Source: Flavobacteriales bacterium (GTDB lineage Bacteria > Bacteroidota > Bacteroidia > NS11-12g > UBA955). Taken from it: a stretch of DNA of 64,000 nucleotides. The notes beneath the pieces were generated by a model. It had not been told where the DNA came from, did no database searches, and saw only the letters and a program-made list of their open reading frames with translations. The stretch lies in the NCBI GenBank assembly GCA_947487055.1, contig CANKVN010000003.1:5222-69221 (forward strand), given 5' to 3'. This document shows positions 9,271 through 20,150 of this stretch, piece by piece. Within the stretch, counting starts at the first letter, position 1, and every line of letters starts with the position of its first letter. Made by a program: the position numbers and the translations under genes.

Positions 9271-10218
9271 ATGCTTATGCGTTTTTTTTGTTTGAGTATG
9301 CTTTTGGCCTTTGTGTGCGCCTGCGCAGCACAGCATAGCCTCGATAGCACCAAAAAGGGCTACAGGTGGGGCAAAACAGGATTGCTCCTAAAACGCAGCT
9401 TTGATTGGGTAAACCTTCCGGGAAACGGTCATTTTACACAGGCCGACCGCTGCAGCAACCACCTGCATTTGCCAGCAGATGCATCTAAATACGCCTTGGT
9501 TTTTGCAGATGATTTTGATTCGCTGAATACCAATCTATGGCAGATTGGTCAACCCTGGGGCCGTTTTCATGGCCAGCAACCGCATCAATATTACGGCGAT
9601 AGCGAGGTGATTGTGAAAAACGGGAAACTATCGCTGCTTAACCGATATTCTCCCAAGGTTTTTGCCAATGGCGATACCAATTGCCAAATACCCTACGCCA
9701 CAGGGTTAATCAATACCGCAAACAGCAAAACGTTTCAATATGGATATTTTACCATTCGGTGCAAAAACCCTTCGGGACCGGCAACCTGGCCGGCATTCTG
9801 GCTTACCGGAAAAAACAACTGGCCTCCTGAAATTGATGTTTTTGAAATGTATGGCCGTTGCAAAGGAAAAAGCATACACCGGCAAACCATGACCGCGCAT
9901 TATGGCAAAATTGAAACCAGCACCAAAACGCATGTGATGAAAAGTGTGAAACTGCCTTCAAACACCGACACAGCATTTCATATATATGCTTGCTTGTGGC
10001 TACCCGGCAAAATACAATTCTATACCGATGGGGTTTTGGTGCGAACCATGCGCATGAACAAATGGATGAAGCAGTTTTATAATGAACCCATGTATCTTGT
10101 GGTGAACAATGCGGTAGACCACCGCTATCTGGAATGCATAGACAACAGCAAGTTACCGGTAAGCCTGGAGGTGGATTGGATTAAGGTTTATGGCCCATTA
10201 GCGGGAGTTAAACCCTGA
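9271..10218 (+). CDS. glycoside hydrolase family 16 (beta-glucanase-like), secreted
   Basis: Signal peptide MLMRFFCLSMLLAFVCACAAQ. The GH16-type catalytic strand WPPEIDVFEMYG (ExDxxE-like) sits in a jelly-roll sized protein. Confidence 0.75.
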   Translation: MLMRFFCLSMLLAFVCACAAQHSLDSTKKGYRWGKTGLLLKRSFDWVNLPGNGHFTQADRCSNHLHLPADASKYALVFADDFDSLNTNLWQIGQPWGRFHGQQPHQYYGDSEVIVKNGKLSLLNRYSPKVFANGDTNCQIPYATGLINTANSKTFQYGYFTIRCKNPSGPATWPAFWLTGKNNWPPEIDVFEMYGRCKGKSIHRQTMTAHYGKIETSTKTHVMKSVKLPSNTDTAFHIYACLWLPGKIQFYTDGVLVRTMRMNKWMKQFYNEPMYLVVNNAVDHRYLECIDNSKLPVSLEVDWIKVYGPLAGVKP

Positions 10219-10330
10219 CAAAGGGCGGCTGTTCACCGACCAACCGCATTATTATCGGGATAAACGACCGCTCTGTCCAATAATTGTGACAGTTCATGGA
10301 CAATTGGCTTAGCCATCTAACCACCCGGGG

Positions 10331-10338
10331 TATATTTG
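10331..10338 (+). promoter_or_regulatory. Bacteroidota -7 promoter box (TAnnTTTG)
   Basis: Exact TATATTTG, 10 nt upstream of the rfbA ATG at 10349. Confidence 0.45.
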
Positions 10339-10348
10339 CCTGATTTTC

Positions 10349-11209
10349 ATGAAAGGAATTATTTTAGCCGGAGGTTCCGGCACCCGATTGCACCCGCTTA
10401 CACTTGCTATGAGCAAGCAACTCATGCCTGTGTATGACAAGCCCATGGTGTATTATCCCCTGGCCACGCTTTTGATGGCGGGCATACGCGAGGTATTAAT
10501 CATATCTACCCCTCATGATCTACCCCATTTTGAAAAATTGCTGGGCGATGGCTCTCAAATGGGTTGCCGTTTTGAATATTGCGTGCAGCCTAAACCAGAA
10601 GGGTTGGCACAGGCCTTTATCCTCGGAGAAAAGTTCATTGGCAACGATGATGTTTGTTTGATCCTGGGAGACAATATTTTCTTTGGTTCTGACCTGATGG
10701 AAACCTTGCAAAAATGCCAGAAGCCGGAAGGGGGAATTGTTTTTGCCTATCACGTGAGCGATCCGGAGCGCTATGGGGTTGTGGAGTTTGATGATGCGAT
10801 GAATGCGCTATCTATTGAAGAAAAGCCGGCATCACCCAAAAGCAATTACGCCGTTCCGGGATTGTATTTCTATGATAATGATGTAGTGGAAATCAGCAAA
10901 AACCTGAAGCCTTCACCCAGGGGCGAATACGAAATTACGGATGTTAACCGCACTTATCTGGCAAATGGCCGCCTCAAGGTTCAGGTACTGGGCCGCGGCA
11001 CCGCCTGGCTGGATACCGGCACGTTTGCATCGCTTATGCAAGCCGGGCAGTTTGTTCAGGTAATCGAAGAACGTCAAGGACTAAAAATTGGCTGTATTGA
11101 AGAGATAGCGTGGAGAAACGGGTTTATAGACAACAAACAATTGGAAAAACTGGCAATCCCGCTCCAGAAAAGCGGTTACGGTAACTACTTAATCAATTTG
11201 TTGAAGTGA
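10349..11209 (+). CDS. rfbA: glucose-1-phosphate thymidylyltransferase
   Basis: [18 protein letters not shown]...[17 protein letters not shown] is the canonical RfbA/RmlA N-terminus. 286 aa. Confidence 0.95.
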   Translation: MKGIILAGGSGTRLHPLTLAMSKQLMPVYDKPMVYYPLATLLMAGIREVLIISTPHDLPHFEKLLGDGSQMGCRFEYCVQPKPEGLAQAFILGEKFIGNDDVCLILGDNIFFGSDLMETLQKCQKPEGGIVFAYHVSDPERYGVVEFDDAMNALSIEEKPASPKSNYAVPGLYFYDNDVVEISKNLKPSPRGEYEITDVNRTYLANGRLKVQVLGRGTAWLDTGTFASLMQAGQFVQVIEERQGLKIGCIEEIAWRNGFIDNKQLEKLAIPLQKSGYGNYLINLLK

Positions 11210-14200
11210 TTAAATATAGATTTTTACTGATAACCATTTGCCTGCTGCTGGCTGGAACCGGCAACGCCCAGTTCATGTTTCCCGGAATGTATCCTGGAAT
11301 GATGCCTGGTTATGGTGCCATGACCGATTCGGGCAAGACCCAGATAAATATCCCCCAAAACAACCCTGGGGTAAAACCTGACCAACCAATCACGCCCCCA
11401 CAAGATCAAGAGGACGAAGAAAATGACGGTGAGGACAAAAAAAACGAGCTGGAACTTAAAAAAATGAACCTCAAGACGCAGCGCTTGAAGCTCGAACAGG
11501 AATTGTCCTACCTCAAATCCAAAGACCCGGATTTGTTGACCCCGGAAGAGAAAGAGGTTATCCGCATTCAAACAGAAAATTTGAAGATGATTGCCCTGCA
11601 GGAACGATCTATTATCGAGGAACAGCAGCGCGAACTGGAAAAACTTAAGAACAAAAAGAATTTACCTTCTTCTTCCACCTATGGCCACCAGTTTTTTAGG
11701 GATGGAGGGTTCAGGTTTTTTCAAAAAACGGATGAAACTGCCATAACAGATAATTATGTACTGGGTACCGGAGATCAGGTGCAATTGGAAGTATGGGGAT
11801 ATCGGTACTGGAGCAAAACCTATGTGGTAAGCCAAAGCGGAAGTATAGACATTGAAGGATACCAGAAGATTTTTGTAAAAGGAATGTCGCTGCAGCAAGC
11901 CCGGGCCATGATAGGTTCCCGTCTGGGATTGGGGGGGCAGGAATCTTCGTTTTCGGTTGCCGTTACCAAACCAAGAATGGTGAGCGTAAACGTGTTTGGC
12001 GAGGTTTTTACACCCGGAACTTACACCATTCCGGCCACCAACAGCGCATTCAATGTGCTGGTAAGCATGGGTGGTCCAACCGATATCGGTTCGTTGAGAA
12101 ATATTTACATCAAAAGAGACGGAAAAATCAGGGACTCCTTTGATTTGTATGAGTACTATGCCGATGTAAAACACCAGCGGGATGTTTTTCTGCAAAACAA
12201 CGATTACATTATTGTAGCACCTGCTGCTAATTTGGTAAACGTGGGTGGAGCTGTAAGAAGGCCTGGTCGTTACGAACTTAAGAATGGCGAAACCATGGCA
12301 GACCTGATAAGGTTTGCGGGTGGCTTGCAACCCAATGCATACTTGAAAGATGTTTTGCTGCGCCGCATTCGCAATAATGATTATGAAATTCAGTCGGTGA
12401 ATTACGACAGCCTGCTCAAAGCCAAAAAGAACATTATCCTGAATGGTGGCGAGGCAGTAGAATTTAAATTTATTGGGGTAGACAACCAGTTTATGGTTCA
12501 AATTTCCGGCGCTGTTTCGGTTCCTGGCCACTATAAAGTGAAAAAGGGCATGCGCATCAGCAGCATGATAAAAAATGCAAACGGCCTCACCTCAGATGCC
12601 TTCACAGAGCGTGGATTTTTGGTTAGAACCACTAAATCCCTGGAAAAAAAGTACCTCACATTTAATCCGGCAGAGGCAATGGCCAAACCCGGTACGTTTG
12701 CAGATTTGGAATTAGAAGACCGAGATACCATTGTTATTTATCGGCTAACCGACCTGCGCAAATTCAATGAAGTTCGTATTTCCGGCGCAGTAAGAAAACC
12801 ATTTCAGAAGCAATATATTGCCGGTTTGAAACTTGGTGAGATGCTCTTCATGGCCGGTGGATTAACCGAAGATGCCGATGAAAAAAGTGGTTTCATCATG
12901 CGCACCGATGCCAATTTCAACAAACGGTTGATTCCCTTTAAATCCGAAGAAATAAAACCCGGAACACCATGGTTCGATTTTGAAATTATGCCAAAGGATG
13001 AAATTACCATTTACTCCAAAACGGCATTCAAACGCAACTACACCCTCACGGTTACAGGCCCTGTGAAAGCGGGTGGAGAATTTGCATACAGCGAAAACAC
13101 CCGTGTTTCTGATTTGATTAACCTTGCCGGCGGCATAGAAACCAACACCTTCAAAACCAGGGCAATTGTGGTACACACCGATCTGGAATCAGGTTACCAG
13201 AGCTTAAATACCGTAAACCTTTCTGAAGTGCTTGAAAATCCGGATAGCAAAGAAAATATTGTGCTAAAGCAAAATGATGTTTTACAATTGTTTGACCTTA
13301 CGGAGTTGAAAAACGACTTCACCATTTCCATTTACGGACCGGTAAGGCGCGAGGGCCAATACAGCTATGCAGATAACATGTCCTTGCAAAACCTGATTGA
13401 TGCAGCCGGCGGGCTGGAGTTTATTACCGCAGGCACAACAGTAGAAGTGGTTAGAAACTTTTTCTTTAAAGACGGTAAATACCAGTTTTTAAAGCCCCAG
13501 GTACTTAACACCACCATCACCAGCAACCTAGGGTTTGATGACCGCCTCATTAACCTTCAGTTGCAGCCATTCGACAAAGTATTTGTGCGCAAAAACCCCA
13601 ATTTTATCCCCCTAAAACTGGTATACATCGATGGAGCTGTAAACTATCCGGGTTATTATGCCCTGCAAAGCGAAAACGACAAATTGGCTTCCATTATTAA
13701 AAGAGCAGGGGGCTACAAACCCAATGCAAACCCTAATGGCAGCAGGCTTAGACGGGTACAGCGCCCCGGCGACACCCTGGATATTGTTTTGAAAACACCC
13801 AAAGCCATGAGTGATCGCAAATCACGGTTTAACCATATCATGAAAGACGGTGACTATATTTCTATCCCGTACAGCGATAATTTGGTTTATATCACAGGTG
13901 ATTTAAACAAACAAACCCCCAACGACTTAGGTGCATATTACTTGCGCAACAAACGGGCAAAATTCTACATCAAGTTCTTTGGCGGGGGCTTTACCAATAC
14001 CTCCGACAAGAAAAAGGTGGTGGTGGTGTACCAGAACGGAAGGCGCACAGCCACCAGGAGTTATGTATTTTTCAAAGTATATCCCAAAGTGAAACCAGGC
14101 AGCACCATTGTGGTGAACAATAAGCTAAAACCAGAAGAACCCTACAAGCAGCGCAAACGCTTTAGCGTGGACAACTTCCTGAACCAAACCATTGCAAGGG

Positions 14201-14253
14201 CAACCACAATGCTATCAGTGGTTGGTATTTATCGAATAGCTACCGGAAAATAA
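11206..14253 (+). CDS. polysaccharide export protein, Wza-like with multiple SLBB domains (1015 aa)
   Basis: The GTG start overlaps the rfbA stop (GTGA). It has a signal peptide, a Poly_export-type block [15 protein letters not shown], and repeated SLBB-like units (V.V.G.V..PG.Y....G.....LI..AGG..). Confidence 0.8.
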   Translation: MIKYRFLLITICLLLAGTGNAQFMFPGMYPGMMPGYGAMTDSGKTQINIPQNNPGVKPDQPITPPQDQEDEENDGEDKKNELELKKMNLKTQRLKLEQELSYLKSKDPDLLTPEEKEVIRIQTENLKMIALQERSIIEEQQRELEKLKNKKNLPSSSTYGHQFFRDGGFRFFQKTDETAITDNYVLGTGDQVQLEVWGYRYWSKTYVVSQSGSIDIEGYQKIFVKGMSLQQARAMIGSRLGLGGQESSFSVAVTKPRMVSVNVFGEVFTPGTYTIPATNSAFNVLVSMGGPTDIGSLRNIYIKRDGKIRDSFDLYEYYADVKHQRDVFLQNNDYIIVAPAANLVNVGGAVRRPGRYELKNGETMADLIRFAGGLQPNAYLKDVLLRRIRNNDYEIQSVNYDSLLKAKKNIILNGGEAVEFKFIGVDNQFMVQISGAVSVPGHYKVKKGMRISSMIKNANGLTSDAFTERGFLVRTTKSLEKKYLTFNPAEAMAKPGTFADLELEDRDTIVIYRLTDLRKFNEVRISGAVRKPFQKQYIAGLKLGEMLFMAGGLTEDADEKSGFIMRTDANFNKRLIPFKSEEIKPGTPWFDFEIMPKDEITIYSKTAFKRNYTLTVTGPVKAGGEFAYSENTRVSDLINLAGGIETNTFKTRAIVVHTDLESGYQSLNTVNLSEVLENPDSKENIVLKQNDVLQLFDLTELKNDFTISIYGPVRREGQYSYADNMSLQNLIDAAGGLEFITAGTTVEVVRNFFFKDGKYQFLKPQVLNTTITSNLGFDDRLINLQLQPFDKVFVRKNPNFIPLKLVYIDGAVNYPGYYALQSENDKLASIIKRAGGYKPNANPNGSRLRRVQRPGDTLDIVLKTPKAMSDRKSRFNHIMKDGDYISIPYSDNLVYITGDLNKQTPNDLGAYYLRNKRAKFYIKFFGGGFTNTSDKKKVVVVYQNGRRTATRSYVFFKVYPKVKPGSTIVVNNKLKPEEPYKQRKRFSVDNFLNQTIARATTMLSVVGIYRIATGK

Positions 14254-15296
14254 TGAACGAAGCCGCCAAAAAACCGTTTAATCTATTTGCTTTTTTAAAG
14301 CAGATAAAACCCTACTGGCGCGTACTTATTCGCAGATGGTATGTTCCAGTATCCCTTGCGGCCTCCTTGGCTGTTTACAGCTGGTATAACGAAAACCAGA
14401 AACAACTCTTTTTCTCCGCCCAGATTACCTACATGTTGGAAGATGAGATTTTGAACGGGGCACCCACGGCTGCAAATCCACTGATGGCTGCAATCACAGG
14501 CCAGTCGCCAACCAGCAACAAGGCCATTATGAACGATCTGGCTTTTAGCAACTTGCTGATAGAATATACCCTGCTAAGAACAATTAATGCTAATGGTCGG
14601 CAAATTCCACTGATCAACCACCTGCTCAAGTTGCAAGGGGTGGACTCCACCAATCCTGCGTGGTTCCCGGTTGGATACAAAATAGGCCAGACGCCTGCAA
14701 AAGACGAATTGCTCAGGTCATACAGCAACGGCATAAAAACCACATTTAAGGCGACTTCCAAAGAATCGGGCTTGTTGGTAATGAACTTTTCTTATGGTGA
14801 TGCTTTTTTTACCAAGCGCTTTTTGGAAGAGCACCTGCATACCATATCCGACTTTTATATTGATAAGCGCATGGACCGGGCGAACATGCTGATCAAAGCC
14901 ACTACCCGCAGAAGGGATTCTTTGCTTGCGGTATTGCAAGGAAAGGAATATGGTGCAGCCGCCATACAAGACCAAGGATTTGGTACGGTTATGAAAAGGG
15001 CCAATGTGCCTCAAATTCAATTGCAGCGAGACATTAACATGCTCAACGCACAATATGCGGAAAGCCTTGCAGCCATGAATGCAGCCAAAATGGAGCTCGA
15101 AAAGAAAAGGCCCTTTATTGCCGTTGTAGACGACATACGCTTTCCTTTGGATGCAACCTATCCCGAGCCTTACAAAAAAGGTATCATATTTGGAATTCTT
15201 GGCCTATTCCTGGGAATCGCCCTCGTGGTTGGGGCTGTTTTGGGTAAAGAGGTTATTGTTAAGCAACAACAGGCCTTCCGGAAAGCTTCGGCATAG
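14253..15296 (+). CDS. polysaccharide chain-length determinant (Wzz/PCP-like) membrane protein, no kinase domain
   Basis: The ATG overlaps the upstream stop by 1 nt. PCP topology: an N-terminal TM helix (WYVPVSLAASLAVYSWY), a soluble coiled region, and a C-terminal TM helix (IIFGILGLFLGIALVVGAVLG). It lies directly after a Wza-like gene. Confidence 0.5.
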   Translation: MNEAAKKPFNLFAFLKQIKPYWRVLIRRWYVPVSLAASLAVYSWYNENQKQLFFSAQITYMLEDEILNGAPTAANPLMAAITGQSPTSNKAIMNDLAFSNLLIEYTLLRTINANGRQIPLINHLLKLQGVDSTNPAWFPVGYKIGQTPAKDELLRSYSNGIKTTFKATSKESGLLVMNFSYGDAFFTKRFLEEHLHTISDFYIDKRMDRANMLIKATTRRRDSLLAVLQGKEYGAAAIQDQGFGTVMKRANVPQIQLQRDINMLNAQYAESLAAMNAAKMELEKKRPFIAVVDDIRFPLDATYPEPYKKGIIFGILGLFLGIALVVGAVLGKEVIVKQQQAFRKASA

Positions 15297-15298
15297 CC

Positions 15299-16597
15299 TT
15301 ATTTCACATCCACAACGAAGTAGTTTTTCTTCCCTTTTTGCACCACCAGATAACGGTTGTGCAACAACATGCCTGCATCTACCAAGCCATTGATGTCTGT
15401 AAACTTCATTTTATTGATGGATACTGCCTGCGCCTGCATCATTTTTCTGGCTTCGCCTTTACTTGGAAAAATGGCGGTGTGCTGGGCCAAAAGGTCCAAA
15501 ACCGGAATACCACCTGACAGCTCTTCCCGGGATACAGAAAACTTTTCCATGCCTTCCAGGCTGCTGCTCAGCGACGGCTCATCCAAACCCATTAAATCCT
15601 CCTGCGTGCCCGCCCCGAAGAATACATGGGTTGCTTTAACGGCTTGTGCTAAATCTTCTTCAGAATGCACACGGATGGTCATTTCAGCTGCCAGCTCTTT
15701 CTGTATTGTCCGCAAATGCTCCTGCCCGGTGTGGGAGTGGATTAAGGCCTCAATATCAGCACGGCTTTTCAACGAATATATTTTGATAAACCGTATGGCA
15801 TCATCATCGGCAACATTTAACCAAAACTGATAAAAATGGTATGGTGAGGTTTTGTTTCTGTCTAACCAAATATTACCCCCTTCACTCTTGCCAAATTTGG
15901 TACCATCGCTTTTCGTAATCAAAGGCGCAGTGATGGCATAAGCCTCTCCACCAGCCTTGCGGCGTATGAGTTCTGTGCCTGTAGTAATATTGCCCCACTG
16001 ATCGCTGCCTCCCAATTGAAGTTTGCACCCCATGCTGGTGTATAAATGGTAAAAATCGTAGCCTTGTACCAGCTGGTAGGTGAATTCCGTAAACGACATG
16101 CCACCGCTCTCCAAACGGTTTTTGACGCTGTCCTTTCCCATCATATAGTTAACGGTGATATATTTTCCCACATCACGGATAAAATCCAAAAATCCAAACT
16201 GAGCAAACCAATCGTAATTATTAACCATTTCGGCGCGGTTATCGCCATGGTCAAAATCCAGGAATTGCTTCAATTGCTTTTTCTGCCCTTCCAGATTTTT
16301 TGTAAGCTGCTCCTGGCTCAGAAGTTTGCGTTCATCGCTTTTACCGCTTGGATCTCCAACCATTCCGGTGGCACCACCAACCAGTGCAACCGGCTTGTGG
16401 CCTGCCCGCTGAAGATGAATAAGCAGCGCGATAGGCACGAGGTTGCCTATGTGCAGGGAATCTGCGGTAGGATCAAAACCACAGTACCCCGAAACCTGCT
16501 CACTATTCAACAATTCCTGGGTGCCGGGCATGCTATCGTGCAGCAGGCCACGCCAACGCAGCTCTTCAACAAAATCAAATTTTGGGGTGAACGCCAT
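15299..16597 (-). CDS. tyrS: tyrosine--tRNA ligase
   Basis: Class I HIGH motif (DSLHIGNLV), KMSKS-equivalent KFGKSEG, and a C-terminal S4-like domain. Confidence 0.95.
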   Translation of the reverse strand: MAFTPKFDFVEELRWRGLLHDSMPGTQELLNSEQVSGYCGFDPTADSLHIGNLVPIALLIHLQRAGHKPVALVGGATGMVGDPSGKSDERKLLSQEQLTKNLEGQKKQLKQFLDFDHGDNRAEMVNNYDWFAQFGFLDFIRDVGKYITVNYMMGKDSVKNRLESGGMSFTEFTYQLVQGYDFYHLYTSMGCKLQLGGSDQWGNITTGTELIRRKAGGEAYAITAPLITKSDGTKFGKSEGGNIWLDRNKTSPYHFYQFWLNVADDDAIRFIKIYSLKSRADIEALIHSHTGQEHLRTIQKELAAEMTIRVHSEEDLAQAVKATHVFFGAGTQEDLMGLDEPSLSSSLEGMEKFSVSREELSGGIPVLDLLAQHTAIFPSKGEARKMMQAQAVSINKMKFTDINGLVDAGMLLHNRYLVVQKGKKNYFVVDVK

Positions 16598-16633
16598 GCC
16601 GCGAAATTACTGAATTTAACGGGTATAATGCCT

Positions 16634-17056
16634 TTAGGACAGTTTTAGGCGTTTAACGGTTTCGGAAATGTAGGCTTTTAAGGCATCGGCATCTTCTTCT
16701 TCCAGTCCGCTTGTGGCAAAACTCACCACTTGTCTGCTTTCCTTGATTTGGAAATTTATTTCGTAAACCAGATAATCTACCCGCATCATATAAGCCCAGG
16801 GAATATAAACATACCTGGAAACCACACTTTGGCGCCATCCGATACCATTTTCATCCGCCCGGACAAAATATTTGCCTCTTAGTTTTAGGTACAACAAACC
16901 CACAGCCGCCAAGGCAATGAATAGCGCTACAAAACCACCAATCCAACCAAAGATTGCATAGTGAATGGACCAAATGACAAAGCATAAAAAACCAGCAATG
17001 ATGAGTTGTGGTAACTCTGCCTTGTTGCGGGGAATGGAAATTTCCAGTGCTTCCAT
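16634..17056 (-). CDS. hypothetical membrane protein (two TM helices plus a small soluble domain)
   Basis: Two adjacent hydrophobic helices (LIIAGFLCFVIWSIHYAIFGWIGGFVALFIALAAVGLLYL). The start overlaps the stop of the upstream T9SS gene by 1 nt (TAATG on the minus strand). Confidence 0.5.
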   Translation of the reverse strand: MEALEISIPRNKAELPQLIIAGFLCFVIWSIHYAIFGWIGGFVALFIALAAVGLLYLKLRGKYFVRADENGIGWRQSVVSRYVYIPWAYMMRVDYLVYEINFQIKESRQVVSFATSGLEEEDADALKAYISETVKRLKLS

Positions 17057-17772
17057 TAACGTTGAATTACAAAACGGGCACTTCGGTTTCCATCGGTCGC
17101 GATGTATACACCTTGTGCCAGGGCAACGGTTTCAAAACAAATATGCTGGTTGCCTGAAACGTAAGGTTTTGCATTGATTTTTCTTCCGGAAAGGTCTGTG
17201 ATATACCAGTTTTCTGTTGGGTTTTGGTCCACAATGGTCAGCGTATTGTCCGCCGGATTGGGAAACAAAGAAAAACCTTTTCCCGTTACCTCAACCTTGC
17301 CGGAAGTGTTATCAACCACATCCAGGGTATAGGAGCTAATAGAATCGTTTTGGGTAATAGCGGTTGAACCAGCCAGTTTGGCAAATGCCTTCAGGTATAT
17401 TTTTAAGGGATAAGTACCCGTTTTGGTGGCAGTGCCGTAAATGCTGATGCAGCGAACGGTATCCCACAAATAAACACAACGCGGGTGCTGGCAGCGGTAA
17501 GAAAATCCGGAAGGCAATCCGGCAATTCCGGTAACCTTGATGGAGTCTACCTGTATCGGCACCTTAATTATTCCCACCATGCGATAGGTATCCCTGAACG
17601 TTAATACCGAAACCCCTTGGTTGTAAAAGTTATTGGCACTGGCAGCAGGCAGGACCGCAGGCAAAAAACCGGATTTTTTTAACGCAAAATCGGGCGTACA
17701 AGTCTGGGCGTTTAACGCGAAACCCAGGAATAAAAAGGAGGTGGTGAAAAAGAAGTTTCTAACCATTATCAT
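17056..17772 (-). CDS. T9SS C-terminal-target (Por_Secre_tail) domain protein
   Basis: The internal start MIMVRNFFFTTSFLFLGFALNAQ gives a signal peptide. The C-terminus FSLFPNPADNTLTIV...GVYIATDGNRSARFVIQR matches the T9SS sorting domain pattern. Confidence 0.7.
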   Translation of the reverse strand: MIMVRNFFFTTSFLFLGFALNAQTCTPDFALKKSGFLPAVLPAASANNFYNQGVSVLTFRDTYRMVGIIKVPIQVDSIKVTGIAGLPSGFSYRCQHPRCVYLWDTVRCISIYGTATKTGTYPLKIYLKAFAKLAGSTAITQNDSISSYTLDVVDNTSGKVEVTGKGFSLFPNPADNTLTIVDQNPTENWYITDLSGRKINAKPYVSGNQHICFETVALAQGVYIATDGNRSARFVIQR

Positions 17773-17782
17773 TGCAAGATTA

Positions 17783-20077
17783 ATGATACGAAAGTACATA
17801 AAAATTAGCATTTTACGCGGCAGTCTCTTGTGCTTGCTGTTTTCCTTTTTTTTCGGCTTAAATGGACAAATAAGGGTAAATTTGGTAAACACTGACGGCG
17901 CGGCCATAACGCCGGACTCCTTGCGGATATTCAGCAGTTTTGGGTTGATACGCACCTTTAAAATACAAAACGGCGGTATCGTCGTAGAGCAAGATTTCAG
18001 AAGGCTGATAGCCACCGAAAGGCATCATCAGGGGCTTGATACCATATTCCCTGCAGATATTTTGCCAGGAAGTACCATCACGCTGGTGTTGCAGCCTAAA
18101 AGTGTTTTTATGGAGGAATTTGTTATCAGCACAACCAAAGCACTGTCCCGCCTTAGCCGCAGCTCGGTCAGTGTTTCTTTGCTAAAACCATATTTAATCA
18201 ACAACAAAATCACTTCCGATATTGGCAATGTGCTGGAGCAAATACCCGGGGTAACCATCAGTGACGGGCAGGTTAACATAAGAAACGGAAGTGGCTGGAG
18301 TTATGGCGCCGGTAGCCGTGTGATGGTAACCCTGGACGAATTGCCCATGATAAGCCCGGATGCCGGAGCTGTTCAGTTCGGTTTTTTGCCGGTAGAGAAC
18401 CTGGCTTCTGTTGAGGTGGTAAAAAGTGCGGGCAGTGTGCTTTACGGGTCAAGTGCATTGAATGGTGTAATTAACCTGCGCAGCGCAGAGCCCGAAAGCA
18501 AGCCCAATGCGCGTGTTTCAGCATTTGCAGGTGTTTACGATTTTCCTGGCAGGGATAGTTTGCGCTGGAATTCCGGACGACGGGGCAACCATGGTGTTAA
18601 TGGTTATTGGTCACAAAAGATCAACAACACGGCGGTAACCCTTCAGTGGAATGCGCTGTATGATCAGGGATGGCGCAAACACGAGTACAACCATCGCGGG
18701 AGACTGGGCATGCGGCTTAGCCACCAATCGGCCAGATATTCGGGATTGCGGTATGGTTTAAATTTTGGTGCACAGCAAAGCAACAGCGGCTCTTTTTTGC
18801 TCTGGCAAAGCTATACACGCGGATATGAAACCCAGGGGGATGGATTTAATTACAACAAGGGTTTTCGTGTAAATGTGGACCCCTTCGTAGAACTAAAAAA
18901 AGGCAACAACACCCATAAAATCCTAACCCGATACCTGGCCCTGGAAAACAACGCCACATCAAACAACGCCGGATCGGACCAAAGCAACGGCAGCAGCCTG
19001 CTGTATACCGAGTATCGTTTCAATAAGCAATTCAAAAACACTGGCATTACCCTTGGTGCCACGGGTATGCTGGCCGAAACACATTCGCCCTTGTATGGTG
19101 GAAAACAAACCGCGGAAAACAGTGCGGTGTTTTTTCAGGCCGAACAAAAGGCCGGAAGGCTTACCCTTTCCGGAGGTGGCAGGTATGAATATTATGCGGT
19201 GAACAACAACACCTTTACCAAGCCTGTTTTTCGTGCAGGCATCAATTATGCTGCCGGAAGGGCCACCTTTTTGCGCGGCAGCGCCGGTCAGGGTTTTCGC
19301 TTTCCCAGTATGGCCGAACTTTTTGTAACCACATCGGTGGGGCAGGTTTCTGTGTTTGCCAACCCTGCATTGAAGCCGGAAACCGGTCAAAACGCGGAAC
19401 TGGGGCTTAAGCAGGGCTACCGCCTAGGCGGTTTCAAAGGATTTGCAGACCTCAGTGTTTTTCAAATGAACCTCAACAACATGATGGAATTTTCTTTTGG
19501 GCAATGGGACAACAGCGGCTTCCCGGGCTTTAAAAGCATCAACGTGGGAACCGGTAAAATTCGTGGATTTGAGTTGGAAACAGCCGGTGAGGGAAAACTG
19601 GGCAACACCCTTTGGCAACTCATGGGCGGCTATACCTACACTTCGCCCGTGGTGGCCAACCCCGGTTTTGTTTATGCCAGAGACAGCGCCGGTCAGCAAC
19701 TAAATTTTGTCAATACGCGAAGCGATACCAACAACTATATGAAGTATCGTTACCGCCACCTGTTTCGCCTGGATGCCCAGTGCAAATATAAAAAAGCAGA
19801 GCTGGGGGTGAGTTTGCGTTACAACAGCCGCTTGCTCAATATCGATGGTGCTTTTACCCAGGGAATTTTACCCTTGTTTATTCCCGGTATCAAAGAATCC
19901 ATGCAAAAAGCAGGTACTGCTTTTGTGGTAGACCTAAGGGCCGCCTGGTTGATAGGTAAGCAATGGAAACTGAATGCCCAAATCAATAATTTGTTTAACC
20001 GGGAGTATGTGGGCAGGCCCGCCGATATTCGGCCACCCAGAAGCTTTCAGTTGCAACTGGTTTGGAACTTGCGTTGA
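17783..20077 (+). CDS. TonB-dependent receptor
   Basis: The start [29 protein letters not shown] gives a signal peptide. The plug-domain block is [17 protein letters not shown]...[11 protein letters not shown], and the terminal beta-strand [10 protein letters not shown] ends in an aromatic/aliphatic residue. The track ORF start at 17633 overlaps the divergent gene. Confidence 0.85.
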   Translation: MIRKYIKISILRGSLLCLLFSFFFGLNGQIRVNLVNTDGAAITPDSLRIFSSFGLIRTFKIQNGGIVVEQDFRRLIATERHHQGLDTIFPADILPGSTITLVLQPKSVFMEEFVISTTKALSRLSRSSVSVSLLKPYLINNKITSDIGNVLEQIPGVTISDGQVNIRNGSGWSYGAGSRVMVTLDELPMISPDAGAVQFGFLPVENLASVEVVKSAGSVLYGSSALNGVINLRSAEPESKPNARVSAFAGVYDFPGRDSLRWNSGRRGNHGVNGYWSQKINNTAVTLQWNALYDQGWRKHEYNHRGRLGMRLSHQSARYSGLRYGLNFGAQQSNSGSFLLWQSYTRGYETQGDGFNYNKGFRVNVDPFVELKKGNNTHKILTRYLALENNATSNNAGSDQSNGSSLLYTEYRFNKQFKNTGITLGATGMLAETHSPLYGGKQTAENSAVFFQAEQKAGRLTLSGGGRYEYYAVNNNTFTKPVFRAGINYAAGRATFLRGSAGQGFRFPSMAELFVTTSVGQVSVFANPALKPETGQNAELGLKQGYRLGGFKGFADLSVFQMNLNNMMEFSFGQWDNSGFPGFKSINVGTGKIRGFELETAGEGKLGNTLWQLMGGYTYTSPVVANPGFVYARDSAGQQLNFVNTRSDTNNYMKYRYRHLFRLDAQCKYKKAELGVSLRYNSRLLNIDGAFTQGILPLFIPGIKESMQKAGTAFVVDLRAAWLIGKQWKLNAQINNLFNREYVGRPADIRPPRSFQLQLVWNLR

Positions 20078-20118
20078 GGCTAAACGCAGCAAGGTTTTCA
20101 AAACCCATAAAAAAAGGG

Positions 20119-20126
20119 TAATTTTG
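20119..20126 (+). promoter_or_regulatory. Bacteroidota -7 promoter box (TAnnTTTG)
   Basis: Exact TAATTTTG, 24 nt upstream of the gap ATG at 20151. Confidence 0.45.
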
Positions 20127-20150
20127 CCGCACAAAAATCAAATTAATACA

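Noticed and set aside
11662-12531. 289-aa ORF on the minus strand
   Set aside because: It is antisense to the SLBB-repeat region of the Wza-like exporter. It has no start context or motif support, and the sense frame carries clear family signatures.
17633-17782. N-terminal extensions proposed by the ORF track for several genes: TBDR 17633, gap 19974, susD-like 44108, fdx 46881, DUF1573 up to 7388, asnS up to 36170, TetR 30154
   Set aside because: Each extension overlaps the neighbouring gene or lacks family-like sequence. An internal Met gives the canonical N-terminus or signal peptide and is preceded by a TAnnTTTG box where one is present.
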